A stretch of DNA of 58,299 nucleotides, the filler included, from Basidiobolus ranarum (taxonomy: Eukaryota): the NCBI GenBank assembly GCA_040143965.1. It is 7 parts of 7 records of this genome, joined end to end, with 100 filler letters (N's around TTAATTAATTAA, not from the genome) between each part and the next. Parts side by side here need not be neighbours in the genome. Positions count along the whole stretch, not along the records: positions 25,071 to 33,310 come from JASJQH010000996.1; positions 33,411 to 41,645 come from JASJQH010000997.1; 5 more parts are not named here. One strand, given 5' to 3'. This document shows, one piece after another, positions 25,972 through 39,126 of the stretch; positions within the stretch are counted from its first letter, which is position 1, and the number at the start of each line of letters is the position of its first letter. The notes under the pieces are model-generated. The model saw only the letters and a program-made list of their open reading frames with translations, was not told the origin of the DNA and did not search any database. Made by a program: the position numbers and the translations under genes.

Positions 25972-28900
25972 AGTGTTGGAGGTTAAGGGAGACAGTCGAG
26001 AGGCAATGGTTCTGTGGTAAAGATGATATGAAAACTTGAAAGAGTGTGGTGATAACACAACTTTTTATAGCAAATGAATAGAGGAGACATCAAATGGTCA
26101 TTTAATATCAAATTAGCATTAATCCTACACCGTCCAATCCATGCAAGAGTTGTCTGAGACTGAGTGAAACTTTCTGGCTCATAGACTGGGCTCACCTGAT
26201 CAGGTGCTTTTGGTCTTTGGATTAGTAAACCAGAAAGGATGATCTGGTCAATTCACCAATAGCAGGCTTCACGCAATGCAAATCATGTGGTGATAATGAT
26301 TTGGGTTGATGTTTTGATCTTCATGTTAGTTCCTGCATGTGAATAGCAAGTTGATCCCTAACCCTCCAGTCTTCGGAGAGTCCACTTGGAACACTAAACA
26401 AGAATCAATTCCAACGTAAGCTGGTTGGATAGTTCGTATCCGTGTCGGACCCTGGCTATTTCAAGCTTTCTTTTCATTGAAGCCAACGCTATTAAGATGC
26501 ATCACCGGCATTTGAGCATCCGATGGCTCACTATGATGTAACAGCGGATATAGCTACTTGAGATTAGCTGCATTCAGCAGAGCATTGCTCAACCCGTAGC
26601 TGGGACGTCGCTTCGCTTCCAGGATCATTGTGATCTGGCTTCCATTATCTCGTGTACTAGTCTAATTGAAGTCTCACCTAGCCCCTCCACTGGTGATGCT
26701 GCAGAGGGTACAAACCATCGAGTCATGTGATCTAATCATAGATGTGGGGTACAAATATCACAGGTATATCCAGACTGAATCGCTCCCTGCACCCATCCTC
26801 CAATCAAAACACTGTTCTTGGGTTTCTTTCGATCATTCTAGGTTGACTATTATTGATTCTAGGTTGACTTATTATTCACTCTGGGTTCCTATTACTCATT
26901 CATTGTGACACTCAAGATATATGGTGCGTATTGCTATATACCGCAACTATGCAGTCTGCTGTGTATGCTGGTTACTATTTCTGGAACATGGTCACATGGA
27001 CCAGATGGCATTAAGGAATGCAAGTAGCACTAGGGAAGATCAAAGCAAACTCTGGATCAAGTCATATCTCAGTAAACCCAATGTGAACTTTGCCCCTTAT
27101 CCAAGCGATTCCAGGGCACCAGAGGGCGTATCACTGCTCTCTTCAAACCTATTTAGTGTAATCCAACCAACACCATATCATATCTGTACGAGGTGACCTG
27201 AGTGATTTGGCTACCAGGATTTCCGGACTGAACCGACCAATCATGCAAGGATGGCGTAGCGGTTATTCTTACTGGAGAACGCAGTATTTCCGGTCAATAG
27301 GCTTCAGTACTTATGGCGCTGTAGAGAAAATAGTGATGGCATTTTTCCTTGGCTGGATTGGTTTCAATGCTGGCTATGTGATTGGCCATGTCCTCAAACA
27401 ATATTCAACAATACTAAGAAACAATAGGGTTTAGTGTGATTTCCAATACGGTGATGCTATTGGATAGATGCTTAATCACAAGTCCAATGATGAGTGGTGT
27501 AGCAGTCTAATGATCAATTGCTAACCAGAAGAATTCGACATTGTTAGTCAATTCTTCGTTTCCAGGGTATACAGTCAACAATGACTACCTATCAATTCAA
27601 GTACAATAGGGCCATGAGTATATTCCACTCACATAGAAGCTTTACGCACTGTCAACTGACCTAGACTGCAACTAGAGCCTAATCGAGAATCAGATCAACT
27701 ATCTTGTTTCTTTCTACATGCACTGAAGTGTTGCATGATACGTGTCGCCATAACAAATCTCTGAACTAATAACCTCCTCGATCTATACAGATACAGATGG
27801 TATGTGATACTAGTGACACACTGCAGTATATTATCCTCCTTTCTTGGGTGAGTTACTCTTTCACCACTGTATTTGAAACTAGAGCTACCCAAGAGAAAAC
27901 GTATCAGAGTGTATGGATTAAACCTCTACTGACTACAAGAGTACCAGATAAGCAATATTTTCATAAGCCCTTCGTTGTTGATATTCAACTTCATATATAT
28001 AAAGTATACCCACTCAGCTATGTATCTTCAATCCGCAGTGGACTGTCCTGTGACTATCTCACTCGTGATTATTTCATTCTCTATATATGGCGGGAAATCA
28101 AGTTTCTCTCAGAAAATGGAGAAAAAATACTAAGACAGATCTGTTAAAACCTTGATAGAACCAATAACTCTAGCTAGACAATGCTGTGAGTAGATCATCC
28201 TCGAAGTAGCATACAAGGGTTAACTAACCTACCCTAAGTCTTTGTCTCAATGGTATTGCCTCAATTCCCTTGAGGTGTGAAGAATCTCAGCATATTACTT
28301 TACCAAATTCAAGCTACGTCATGTATATCTGACTAGATGCATTTTCCGGGATTTTCTGTGCTTTGGAAGTTAGTATGCATTTCGAGAACCTACGTACTAA
28401 ACAAACACATTCGCTTGGATGGTCCGTGAGCTTTGTTACAACTAGATAGACAATGCAGAAAACCATTGACATCTGCCATAATTGATATACTCCCTTGATA
28501 ACATTAATTGATGTGAGCGAAATAAACAGAAACACCTGCTCTGTAATGGCGGGCTTTTATGTCTCTGCAAATTCATATTGTATGTGGTTTTTCGTGACAT
28601 TCACAATTAATAAACACCAGATTTGATACTTTTAGACTTCATGCAAGCATTATCGGTGATGTCCATCTCTCATTTATCACAACACTCTTTCCAATAAAGT
28701 CATCCAGTCCTTTATTATTGTGGCAGTAACTACAACGCTTGGTTTGACTCTATTCATCCCAACCATATGCTTATATATTCGAATTTTATTTGATTGATAT
28801 GATTTTTGTTATGTCGAATGTGAGAATGATTTCAAACTGCTCAACATTGTAATACTCAAGATGTCCGTCATTGAACATGATTTAAATATATATTCCGGAA

Positions 28901-29528
28901 TACATATTTAAATCAAGATTTTTTGATTATGTATAGACTTGGTCTTTGTCATCATAGCTTTACAAATCTCGCATTCAAGTTGGTTGGAACCAAATGCAAT
29001 TGGCATCAATCATATTCACGACAATGAAACAAGCAACAAAATAGCCATCATCACTATCCGAGTTGAAACTAGGAGATCGGTGGACTTCCAAAATCCGAAG
29101 ACACTAGCCGAAATGCCGCTGACCGAATTGCAGTTGAGTAGCATCACTTCATACCAAATGAATGATTAATGAATCAGAGTTCGGATCTTCGTATCCTTTT
29201 TGGTTGCACGGGAATAAATGCTGATCGTTTTAGAGTGTTGCGTACTGAATCAAGTATATGCTCATACAATCTTCTTAAAATAAATGGCATTCAATCTCCA
29301 TGACGCGAGATTTTTACAATTTTCGATTTTCAATTTTGTCATTCAGGACGCGTGCTCATTCGTTGATAAAGTTAAGCCAATCAATGACCTGATATAGGGT
29401 AATGTAAGGATGGCTTTGTATGTCTATTCTTGCTAAATAAATATCAATCCTAGCTTACAGTAGTAGCCAATTGGTAATCAACTATATACTGGTTTCATAT
29501 GACTAGATCATCCACCATTGACTGGAAT

Positions 29529-29571
29529 CCTAAACCCTAAAAAAAAAACATTCCCTAACCCTGAACCCTAA
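29529..29571 (+). promoter_or_regulatory. Cluster of telomere-like CCCTAA motifs upstream of the Tbf1-like gene
   Basis: CCTAAACCCTAA...CCCTAACCCTGAACCCTAA, 110-150 bp upstream of the ATG at 29681. Confidence 0.6.
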
Positions 29572-29680
29572 TTCTTTCAAATCTATCTCTTTGTTATTCA
29601 AACTTGGTCGAATCTTGACTCCTCATTCTGATTATTTCGGAAGTATCTTTACTTGTCACGTAACCACAACACACTATTCA

Positions 29681-32174
29681 ATGGCGAGAACCAAAAAAAG
29701 AGCAGTAAAAAAAGGGCTCTCAGCCAATACACCAGTTACCCGTTCCTCTAGAAGAAGAACGCAGACACTCGAGGAAGCTGAAACCAAGCCAGTTGAATTG
29801 GTATCGCGAAGTAGCGAGGATTCTGAATATGTTGTTCCTGAAACTTTACCCACAGAAGAAGAGCAACACGAAGAGTCTACTGAACAAGAAGTGGATAATT
29901 TTATCGACGACTTATTTCTCAACAACGAAGCGGAAAAGCCCAATAAATTCGAGAATTTAACCGAGTTAGAATGGTTAATAGCTGACTATTTCGCGTATCA
30001 AGTGATAAATAATATTTTACTTTATGGAGATAACTTGTCAAATGAGGGTGACCTCGAATATAGACTAGAAGCCAAGAAATATTGGAAAGATCTTCAAGGT
30101 ATTTACTAAGTATTTATTCAGTTTTTTTGTAGTATTTAACTTGACTGAACTTTTATCTGTTGATAGCTTTTTTGAATCACCATGACATGGACGATTTTCA
30201 AGAAGTTTCACGTAAAGTTACTAGTTCACAGGAGTCTATGAAACACAAGGATATTTTTCTACGCTTGCTCATGGCTGGTTTATGTCAAACTCATTTCGAA
30301 GATGACAATGACTGGGAGAAAATATATAATGTTCTTGTTGATATTTGTGAGATATTTTTGCCTTGTATCTTATCACAAAATACCGCATTTGACTTGAGCT
30401 TGGTTCGATTTTGGATTGATTTAAAAACTCAAGTAAGTGTTGAGAATTGTTGTTAGGGAACTTTCAAAAGTTAATAGTATTGCCGATGTTTACTTTAACT
30501 AGACAATTGTACATGGAAGACGTCGTGGCGAAGACGGCGCTGAGCTTGTTGAGAGGCATCTTGGTGATGGAGGCGACTATTTGTTCGAATATATCCAATT
30601 TGACTCACCAGAAAGCACCTCAAAGGTGGAGAAAGAAAAGGAATTATATAGAAAAATGATTAAAGTGAGAACTCAAAGGGTAAGCTAAATGCAAAGTTCT
30701 TATAAACCCTTTTAAATCTAATAGACTTACATTACATGTCGAATTTTTATAGTGTATTCGATTCCCCGTTGAGAAGTTATCAAAGGAGATGCCTTGGACT
30801 AGATTATTACGCGTCGTAAGAAGCTTTGTGAGTCGTAGTACTGCTCACTTGCTGGAGCCCAAAATTTTGAAGGTATATTCAGTTAGTCTTACATACTTGA
30901 TTTCCAAAGCTCATATTGTTATCAGTTTGTTAAGAAAGCTAGCGTTCCCGAACAAGAATCTTCAGAGCCTAATATCCACGTGACTATCACCGATGAGCAA
31001 ACCGATGTTACCATAACGTCTACTGTACCACAAGAGACATCAAATACCGAGGACCATAGTGAAAAAGAGTAAATTAACGTAGTACATATTCAATTGGTTG
31101 ATTGTTATTAATACGTATTTGTTGTTAGTATCCCGCTTGACATTCAGGCCCGTATAATTAAAGGACTTGAAGTAATGACAGCTGATGAGCTAGCCAAAGA
31201 AATCGAACCACTTGAACCAATTTTCAATGCGGGTTCAACTCAACCTCTTAATGATTCACAATCTAAAGAGGCCGAGAAGACAGATCAACCTCAGGAGAAT
31301 AGTTCCACCAGGTATATACATATATATAAATCTCTGGCTCTACAGTATTAATAGTATGTTTTTTTTATTTAGTCAAGAGCTACGCTCTAAAGATCAACGT
31401 AACCAGGCACTTGCTAACTATTATCAAAGCCTCGAAAGAACAAATCGTGAATTCAAGTTAGTATCGAATAATATGATTCATTCACAGATGGATTTAGTTT
31501 TCTGACATATACATATTACTAGTGTACGTATTCAAGATCCCCTTCCACGTATTCGTGCTGAGGTGGAGTCGATGATGGGTAACAGTGACGATCAGGAGAA
31601 TGGCAAGAAAAGGTATATTTTGATGGATTTGTCTTTTGAAGAAATTAGACTAAGTTATTGCTTTTCATAATATAGAAAGCGATATATCCACGAGCCTCCG
31701 AATGCTGGTGTTAGAGTTCGCTGGAGTACACCTCCATCAGAAATGGAAGAAGAAGAGAAGAGTGCTGAAGGTCAAGTGCGTAAATCTAACGAGGTGGTCA
31801 ATGAGGAGGAAATAGTGGAGAAAAAAAGAAAATTAAACGACAGTAGCTCTGCTTCTACAACTAAACTTCCAGAAGTATATGCTGGGGAAAGGGAGATTCG
31901 TCGAGATCGGGAATACTCTAATGCTACTCAAAGACGTAAAGCTAAAGGCAAAGCACCATGGGGTCAAGATGAACTCGATGCCCTCTACGACGGGATGCGT
32001 ATGTTTGGTACTGCTTGGTCCACTATATTGAGCCACTTTGGCGAACAAGGGGTCATCGATCAACGTTTACGTCGACGTAATCAGGTACAATTAAAAGATA
32101 AAGCGCGTAATGAGAGAAGACGTCGCGAACGAGTCGGCTTACCTTTGGATGTATTTGAAGATGCTTGTAATTAG
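29681..32174 (+). CDS. TBF1: Tbf1/TRF-like telomeric-repeat binding Myb (telobox) protein, multi-exon
   Basis: C-terminal Myb PWGQDELDALYDGMRMFGTAWSTIL..FG..G.I...LRRRNQVQLKDKARN (telobox LKDKARN). N-terminal TRFH-like segment with LVRFWIDLKTQ. Multiple GT-AG introns. Confidence 0.88.
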
Positions 32175-32741
32175 GTACTCATTGGAGACTTAATTACGTC
32201 GTTTCTTCCTGTGTATAGTTTCACTTCAATCTATTCTATTCCATTATTTTTCACCAGGAACGAAAAAAGAGGAAGTTTTTGCACGATAATTTTTTGTTGT
32301 ATTAAAATTCACTATGTCATCTTTAATTTTAGGATAAAGTTGAATTCCCTTTCAAGTGATTTCGATGTTTATTTTAGATACACTTTCTTTAAATCCTTAC
32401 CCCTTCTTTACTTTTTATGATTTCCTTCGTGCTTATTTCATTGTACCCAGATGGCGTGAATACAGTTGCTTCAAAATTTCTCACCTGTGTGGTTTTTGTC
32501 ACTAGAGATTGGTATATTGGTCTGATGTTGATGGTGGCTATCATGAATATGGCATAGATGAATCACGAGTCCAAAGAAATGACGAGCATTAGATGATATT
32601 TCTTTGGCTTTTATATGCAAAATATGTAGAAGGAGAGATGTACATATAGTTAAACCAGGTTGTCTTTAGTGAGTTGGGTGCTATGATAACACCTGATAAT
32701 ACCTTATCAGTTGATTAAATATACTATGAGTAGGATTGAGT

Positions 32742-33310
32742 TTATAACTTGGCGCGAATCGGCAAGATTAATCTCTTTCTTAGCTGGTCAATCTCTTGGG
32801 TAGTGATTCCAGAAGATAACAAGAACCCTTCTGGACCGCCATATATCTCCTGAATACGTAACAAGACCAATTTCAAACTTTCAGGTCTAATGAAGAGAAA
32901 GAGAGTGTTAGTCAAGGGTATAGGTATGTGTTTAAGGAGGAAACGTAAATCATTCAATTACTTGGCAATTAACATGGATCTAACTCCATTGACGTCGATA
33001 TTTCTTCCGGTTTTCTTGCTTAGTTTCTCGGCCAACAATACCAGTTCAGAGTTCAAATCTAAGCGAATCAAAGTTAAATATCCATTTGATAGTCACTAAT
33101 TCAAGCTATTTTATATCTTCGATGCTCAACTTACATTTAAGATTCAAATTTGTTAATTCATAGTCACCACAGATAGTATCCATGTCGACCCCAAGCGTCC
33201 ATAGGATTATGGCAATTAAGAGTCCGGTTCGCTCTTTCCCTGCAGCACAGTGCATTATCACTGGTTCGTTCATTTCGCCATCTTCATGCATATACCGGAT
33301 TGAGTCGGCG
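32742..33310 (-). CDS. PtpB/Y_phosphatase3-family tyrosine/lipid phosphatase, C-terminal part (5' end cut by contig edge)
   Basis: P-loop PVIMHCAAGKERTG, then LGVDMDTICGDYELTN and C-terminal YGGPEGFL..GIT..EI..LRKRL. Two introns. Confidence 0.85.
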
Positions 33311-33410
33311 NNNNNNNNNNNNNNNNNNNNNNNNNNNNNNNNNNNNNNNNNNNNTTAATTAATTAANNNNNNNNNNNNNNNNNNNNNNNNNNNNNNNNNN
33401 NNNNNNNNNN
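33311..33410. other. Artificial contig spacer
   Basis: N44-TTAATTAATTAA-N44. Confidence 0.98.
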
Positions 33411-36400
33411 CACTTCATATAGTTAGGATTGCTTAAAATTAGAATATTTTTGGGTATAGTAACCCTATGTAATATAAACAGAGGATACGTGCTCATTCCC
33501 CAAAGATTCTCAATACCAATGGATCTAAATAAGTAGCCTGTTGGCGGGAATTCTATGGAAACCCTGGAAGCAAGGAGCATCCAAAATATTTGTTGTTATT
33601 GGTCCAAAATTTGAGTACAATACAACCTTTGAACATATTGTGGTGAACTGAAGCGAAATGATGTGTCTCCTATCCTAGAGAGTCGCGGGTATAAGTGATA
33701 TCCCCAACATTTTGTATTTTAGTCACAGCGACATCGATTGTTGTGTTCGTATATTATCTCGGCCAAAAAACTGACTGCATGTAAGGTGGTACCACAAAGA
33801 TCAGATTGATGATCATCTGTTGAAACTCTCAGTTGGCAATTATTGTATGTGTTATTGTTATTATAATTATTGTATGTGTTGTAACTCACTTTAAGAATGT
33901 TCTATCGAGATGTTTTTACAGAGGTATCTGGCAAAAGGTAGTGACAAGAACTATGCAACTAGATTACGCACTCAACTATTGGTGTATTGGATAGATCCCG
34001 TGCCACTACTGGCAATTAGCACCATTTACAGCTCGCTGTATGCATTATAGTACCGTCGAATAACCTTGTTTTAGATCACAATTATAAATCAATCTATATG
34101 TAGGTACAATTGCGAAGTATACGCCAAGCGTACATACATATGTTGAGCAAAAGCCATTGTTTTTTCTGCTTGAAGGAAACTGTGTACTTCAGGGCATATC
34201 TGTGAGTTGGGATAGATTCTCAGTTCTCACCTCAATTAGGGAGAACATAGGATATCCCAGAACACTGCTTGCTGTGTGGAAGATCTTGACAAAAAATGGC
34301 TGATTACGATAATATAGTAGCAATATTGTTGAGTGTGCACGTCTGTCAGTTTTGTGTATTGAGCTCAATAGATAACTAGATTTCATTTGTGTTTTTACTT
34401 TCGATGTACACTAATATTAACAACGACTGTGGCATGACTTTAATGACTACGGTGACTCCCGACACCTCGCGGTGGAATACCAACAACATCTCCTATTCTC
34501 TTGATAACTTGTACTCTTTCTGCTTTTTGTGGAGCTTTAAACTGTTTACTAAGTTTAACATTCGATGGTAGATAGTACTCGTCACATTTGAAAGTCAAGT
34601 CGAGTTCAAATCTATTATCTTTGTCGTATACAAAGTTCTTTAAAACCATGGATGTTGACAATCTTTCTAACCAAGGTCCTGTTTCCAGTGATTCAGATTC
34701 TTACTCTGGTAGTCTTGAGTTTTGGACTTTTTACGATAGATATTATAATTACCAATACCTGGTCTGTGATTACATCTTGTACTCTGAATATTGCGACTTT
34801 TGCCAATAAAATCCTGACGTTTTCGTGAAAGATCTCAAAGCTGTCTACCTGGAACACAGTAATATTTGTGCTATTGGACTTTCGGCTATCTTGACTAAGT
34901 AGTTAGTTTATTAGGTCACATTATTATACCACCTATAGAAAAAACTACCGAATCTGATCAAGATATGACTTAGAAACTATCGGTAAAGATCAAAGATATG
35001 TATCAAAACTTAGAGACATTGATTGGGTTAGAAAACAACTGACCGGATATAAGAAAAATTATCTTGGATTCTACGATCCCTATTGTAGCTTATGTGTGGA
35101 ATGGAACTAGATTTGACTCATGGTAAAAATTTCAAGAAAAAAGTTGACGATTACAGGATATCTATGCTGTAGATGATAAACCAATGCATCATATTTTAAC
35201 TAGGCCCATGATATCTATAATCCTATGGAGACTTATGAGATATCCCGAAAAATATCATGAGAGATCCGTACGAATTGATATGCACATTGTAACGCTTTTA
35301 AACGAATAGTCTATTTTTCTCTTCAATTTGGGTACCAGTATTTGCGTAGTAAATTTTCATTAACTTTGACAGGCGCTTACTTCACTCTTAAGTTCATTAA
35401 TGAAATCACACATTTGTATATGTATTGGTTGTATTGCAGGAATTCGAGACAGAATCTTACTATGTAACGTCTTGATCCTCCAAGCAGACATCTGCACAAG
35501 CAACATATTTTCATTACCTAGAGATCACCTGAAGGTAGTGTGTAGAATAACCAATTTTTAAGGTACATTTATAGAGATTTCTGAGCTCCAACTGTAACTA
35601 GTCACTGAGGGTTAGAATTATATTGGAATATTCTGAGTTATACTGAACAGTAGTTACAGGCATATCATTCTCATAAAATTTGCATTATAACAACCTTATT
35701 CACTTTGTTTGCTAAAATCTGTTGTAAAACTCCCACACAAGGCACAATACCCCCTCCAATATCAAGCAACTAAATGATAGTCACTGAGGAATGAGTAACT
35801 AACTATGTAATTCTCAAGCGTTGACTTTAATAGAAATATTTTACTTCAGAAATATGCTAGTAGACAATGCAATAAATGTACATATTGAAGCATTAAAGAT
35901 TGCTTTCCATTTTGTATGTCTATTTTCTGCTATAGAGCACTAATAACGCATGTACCTTGTTTTTTAATTGTAAGGGTGGGTGTACATTAATAGATGTAAT
36001 TTAATACCATATCAGATTTGTTTGAATTACAATAATGAGCTCAAAGAGTGTTCACATCTAATACATAACAGATATTTTACCAGAGTGATAGAATTATGAC
36101 ATAAATGGATAGCAACCACTATAGCACGAGCAATCGGATTAGGCTCCAGGCTAAGGAAATATTTACAGCTAATTGTTCATACAGCTTTTTTAATGTAGTG
36201 TAGATCCCCAGGTAATTCTGGCTAAGATTGGATCATGTTGATTCTGCGGCATCTCCACAAAAATGCTACTGGTGGCAATACACTTAAATGTAAATACTGT
36301 TACTAACTGTAGAAAATTATTCTAGCAGTATGTAAAAAGCAATATAACTTCGAATCTACGACTTTCTTCTCTTGGAGTAACACTATTGTGATCCCAAACA

Positions 36401-38675
36401 ATCGAGTTACAAATTGTCGGTGTAATTTTGCTTAGGGCTACTAAATTTTCAAGCACCTGATGCCACAATATGAATTTTGGCGCCTGCTTCCAGTAGCAGC
36501 CTTATCCAACCATCAAAGCACTGCTAAGATTGCTTCAGTGGAATGAAATTTCAAATATAACGAACTTAATGATACTCTTTCTTTTACTGATTTTGAAGCC
36601 TTAAAAACCACCATTTCTATACTACGGTTTCAATTCCGAATTCAGACACTGTTTAATGAAAATGGACATGATATACCTGATGAGGTTAGCTGGATGTGGA
36701 AGCTAGAGCACTTCCATTTTTAAAGGATTCTAGAATACAGTAAAAGAGCCCTGAAAATGGCAAAGTGTAGCCAATAAGCATTGAAAGCTATAACTTATGC
36801 CACTTCTACTGGTGATTGAGCATTAATATCAGAAATCCTTCAATATTGTAAGTTATGGGGTAACTGGCCAGCTTTTTATAATTTTAGGCATGGCAGACAA
36901 TCAGCATAAATTGGGGTTTGAATCTGCTTCTCATTACGAGCTGTTTGACTGATATCTGGAGAGGCCACAAGCCATGTTGTGATTTTCTCAAGTAAATAAT
37001 TAGTATCGTTTGTAAAATAACACCGAGTTTGATTGGTTTGTTACAGATTGCTTATGTTCCCCCAAGAATTGAATGCTTAAGTATTATTGCACCTTAACAC
37101 TAGGTGGCATTTTCTGGCGATGGTTGAGACTGATTTCTCGGAAAAGCATACCCCTGTGGCTCATTTCTAACCTTGTAATGCTCATGGCCTCGATGTGTTC
37201 CTAATATAGACAGATCATTTCAACTCTAATCAAAGGGCTCAAAGAATGCCTGAAACCACTCAACTGTTCCAAAGCGCTTTTTTGCAAGTAGTTCTAGTTA
37301 CCGATTGTTCTTATCTAACCATTGAAACCTAATAGTTGTACTGGGGAATAGATTTTACTTGGAAACCTTAGAGCCTCTTTGTTCAATTTTTTGCATTCGA
37401 AACGCTAGTTTTCCACCATTTATTACTAATCATTCTTTTTGGGCTGGGTTGGGCTGGACGTATATGCTGTTATGGAAATGGAAATCGTGACTTGGAAATT
37501 TCTATACAGCATGCCACCTGGTGATTTCCGTTGCAGTCAACGTGTCCCTAAACCAACTTGATTGCCTAAAAAAACCGATTCGGGAAAGAAAAAAATGACT
37601 CGATACCAAATTGAATTTTAATAATGAAGATATACTATGCCACACTATTTTATGCCTCTCCCCTCTTTCCCCATCCAACCCCTAGTTTACAAATGATATC
37701 TGTCATTAGTAACGTAAAAGTGTGGAAATGAATAGATCTTCCTATTTCATACATCATGTTACTGCTTGCGCTATCAGATCTAGAACAATTTTCATATGGA
37801 TCCTGATTAGGTGAGTTAGATATTCTGGATCTTTCGGGCTAATAGGCCATTTTATCCCAAGCTATCACCATCCTTGATAACTCTTGGATTCTGATACTCC
37901 CTTTGCTTGGTGATACAGAGTCAAGCAACAAACTTGTAAAATTCATGCTCTACATGAGCATATAACGTCATAATTTCTATTTCGAGTCAATACAAATGAT
38001 GAGAGTTGGTAAGGGGAAGGGACACTATGAGCTCATCCACCGCTTCTCTTCTTTTGGTGAATCGTGGTTGTTCAAAGTTGGAGATCCCCTCGTAATAGCA
38101 GTTTAATATTGGATTGGAATGGTAGTTCATACATAGTTAAGATAGTTTACAAGTATATTTTAATACAGAGATGAGATACTAGACGAACAAGAGTAGTAGT
38201 GACGGTAAATGTGATAATCCCAGTAAATAGTAAAGCGAAGATATGTATAAAATATAAAAGTGTACTGAAAAGGTTACGTATTTTCATTGTGTAATGAAGA
38301 AAATGGTTATAAGACTTACACCAGAATAAAAAGCCAATAGTAAACAATAGAATGGATTGAGAAATCGGTAGGAATACCGTCAAGAAATTTGGAAACGATG
38401 GTTATATACATACATGGCATATGTAATCACTTGGACGTAATAAATACACCTAATTTTTCGCCTTGGGAAAGTGAGTTCTCAGTTCACCCCGGCAAATGGA
38501 TACGAAGAGATTAATCGTCGAGCAGAGTTTCGTTTGGAGTAACCAAGAGAGAGAAAGAAAGATGTCACAGAAGTGTACTTGAAGAGCTTGCATATTGTTG
38601 ACAAAACCACGTGGAACCCGTCCAAACGATGGGTGGTCCAGAATCAAAATTATTAGGTAAGCGCCTCCATATTGT

Positions 38676-39126
38676 TTAACGATAGCATTCAAGATACTCA
38701 GTTTGCTTGGTTGCCTTGACCGATCCGAAACGACGTGAGAACTGGGGACTGACTTTAGCCATAACTGAGTCTAAGCTTCCATGATATTCTAGAAGCATTT
38801 TCTTTACGACCTGTTCGAAATGTGTAACGGCAGCAGGACTGTTGGAACTTTCTACAGAGGCTCTGGTGATCTTAAAACGATAAAGATTATTAGTCGATAC
38901 AAGTCGAAACAATGGTGCAAATACAGGAACTTACAGTGTATCCGCTGCTATTTATTTCCATTCGTACGTGTACTCCTTCAAGTATGGTGAACTCAAACAC
39001 ACACCAGGGAAGATACGGGTCCACCGGATGCTTCATAACCAATATCTCCAGTGAATCCTCCTTGACACCAAACTGTAACCCACGAAGGGCAGTGATAACT
39101 TCTTCACGGCTATTAGTTGACTTCAT
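38676..39126 (-). CDS. GSKIP/DUF727-domain protein, 2 exons
   Basis: Exon 1 ...FGVK...FTILEGVHVRMEINSSGYT joins through a GTAAGT..AG intron to exon 2 ...YHGSLDSVMAKVSPQFSRRF. This fits the DUF727 pattern (T.E....+.+...G+ and Y.+L..L+..+SP.F...F). Confidence 0.7.

Noticed and set aside
27207-27434. FLGWIGFNAG resembles the ammonium-transporter WFGFNAG motif
   Set aside because: Only one short motif; flanking frames do not rebuild an Amt protein. At most an unrecognisable pseudogene.
33480-33580. Possible Tc1/pogo DDE motif (…GIENLW… or …YLDPLVLRIFG…)
   Set aside because: Similarity is too weak and two incompatible readings fit equally poorly.
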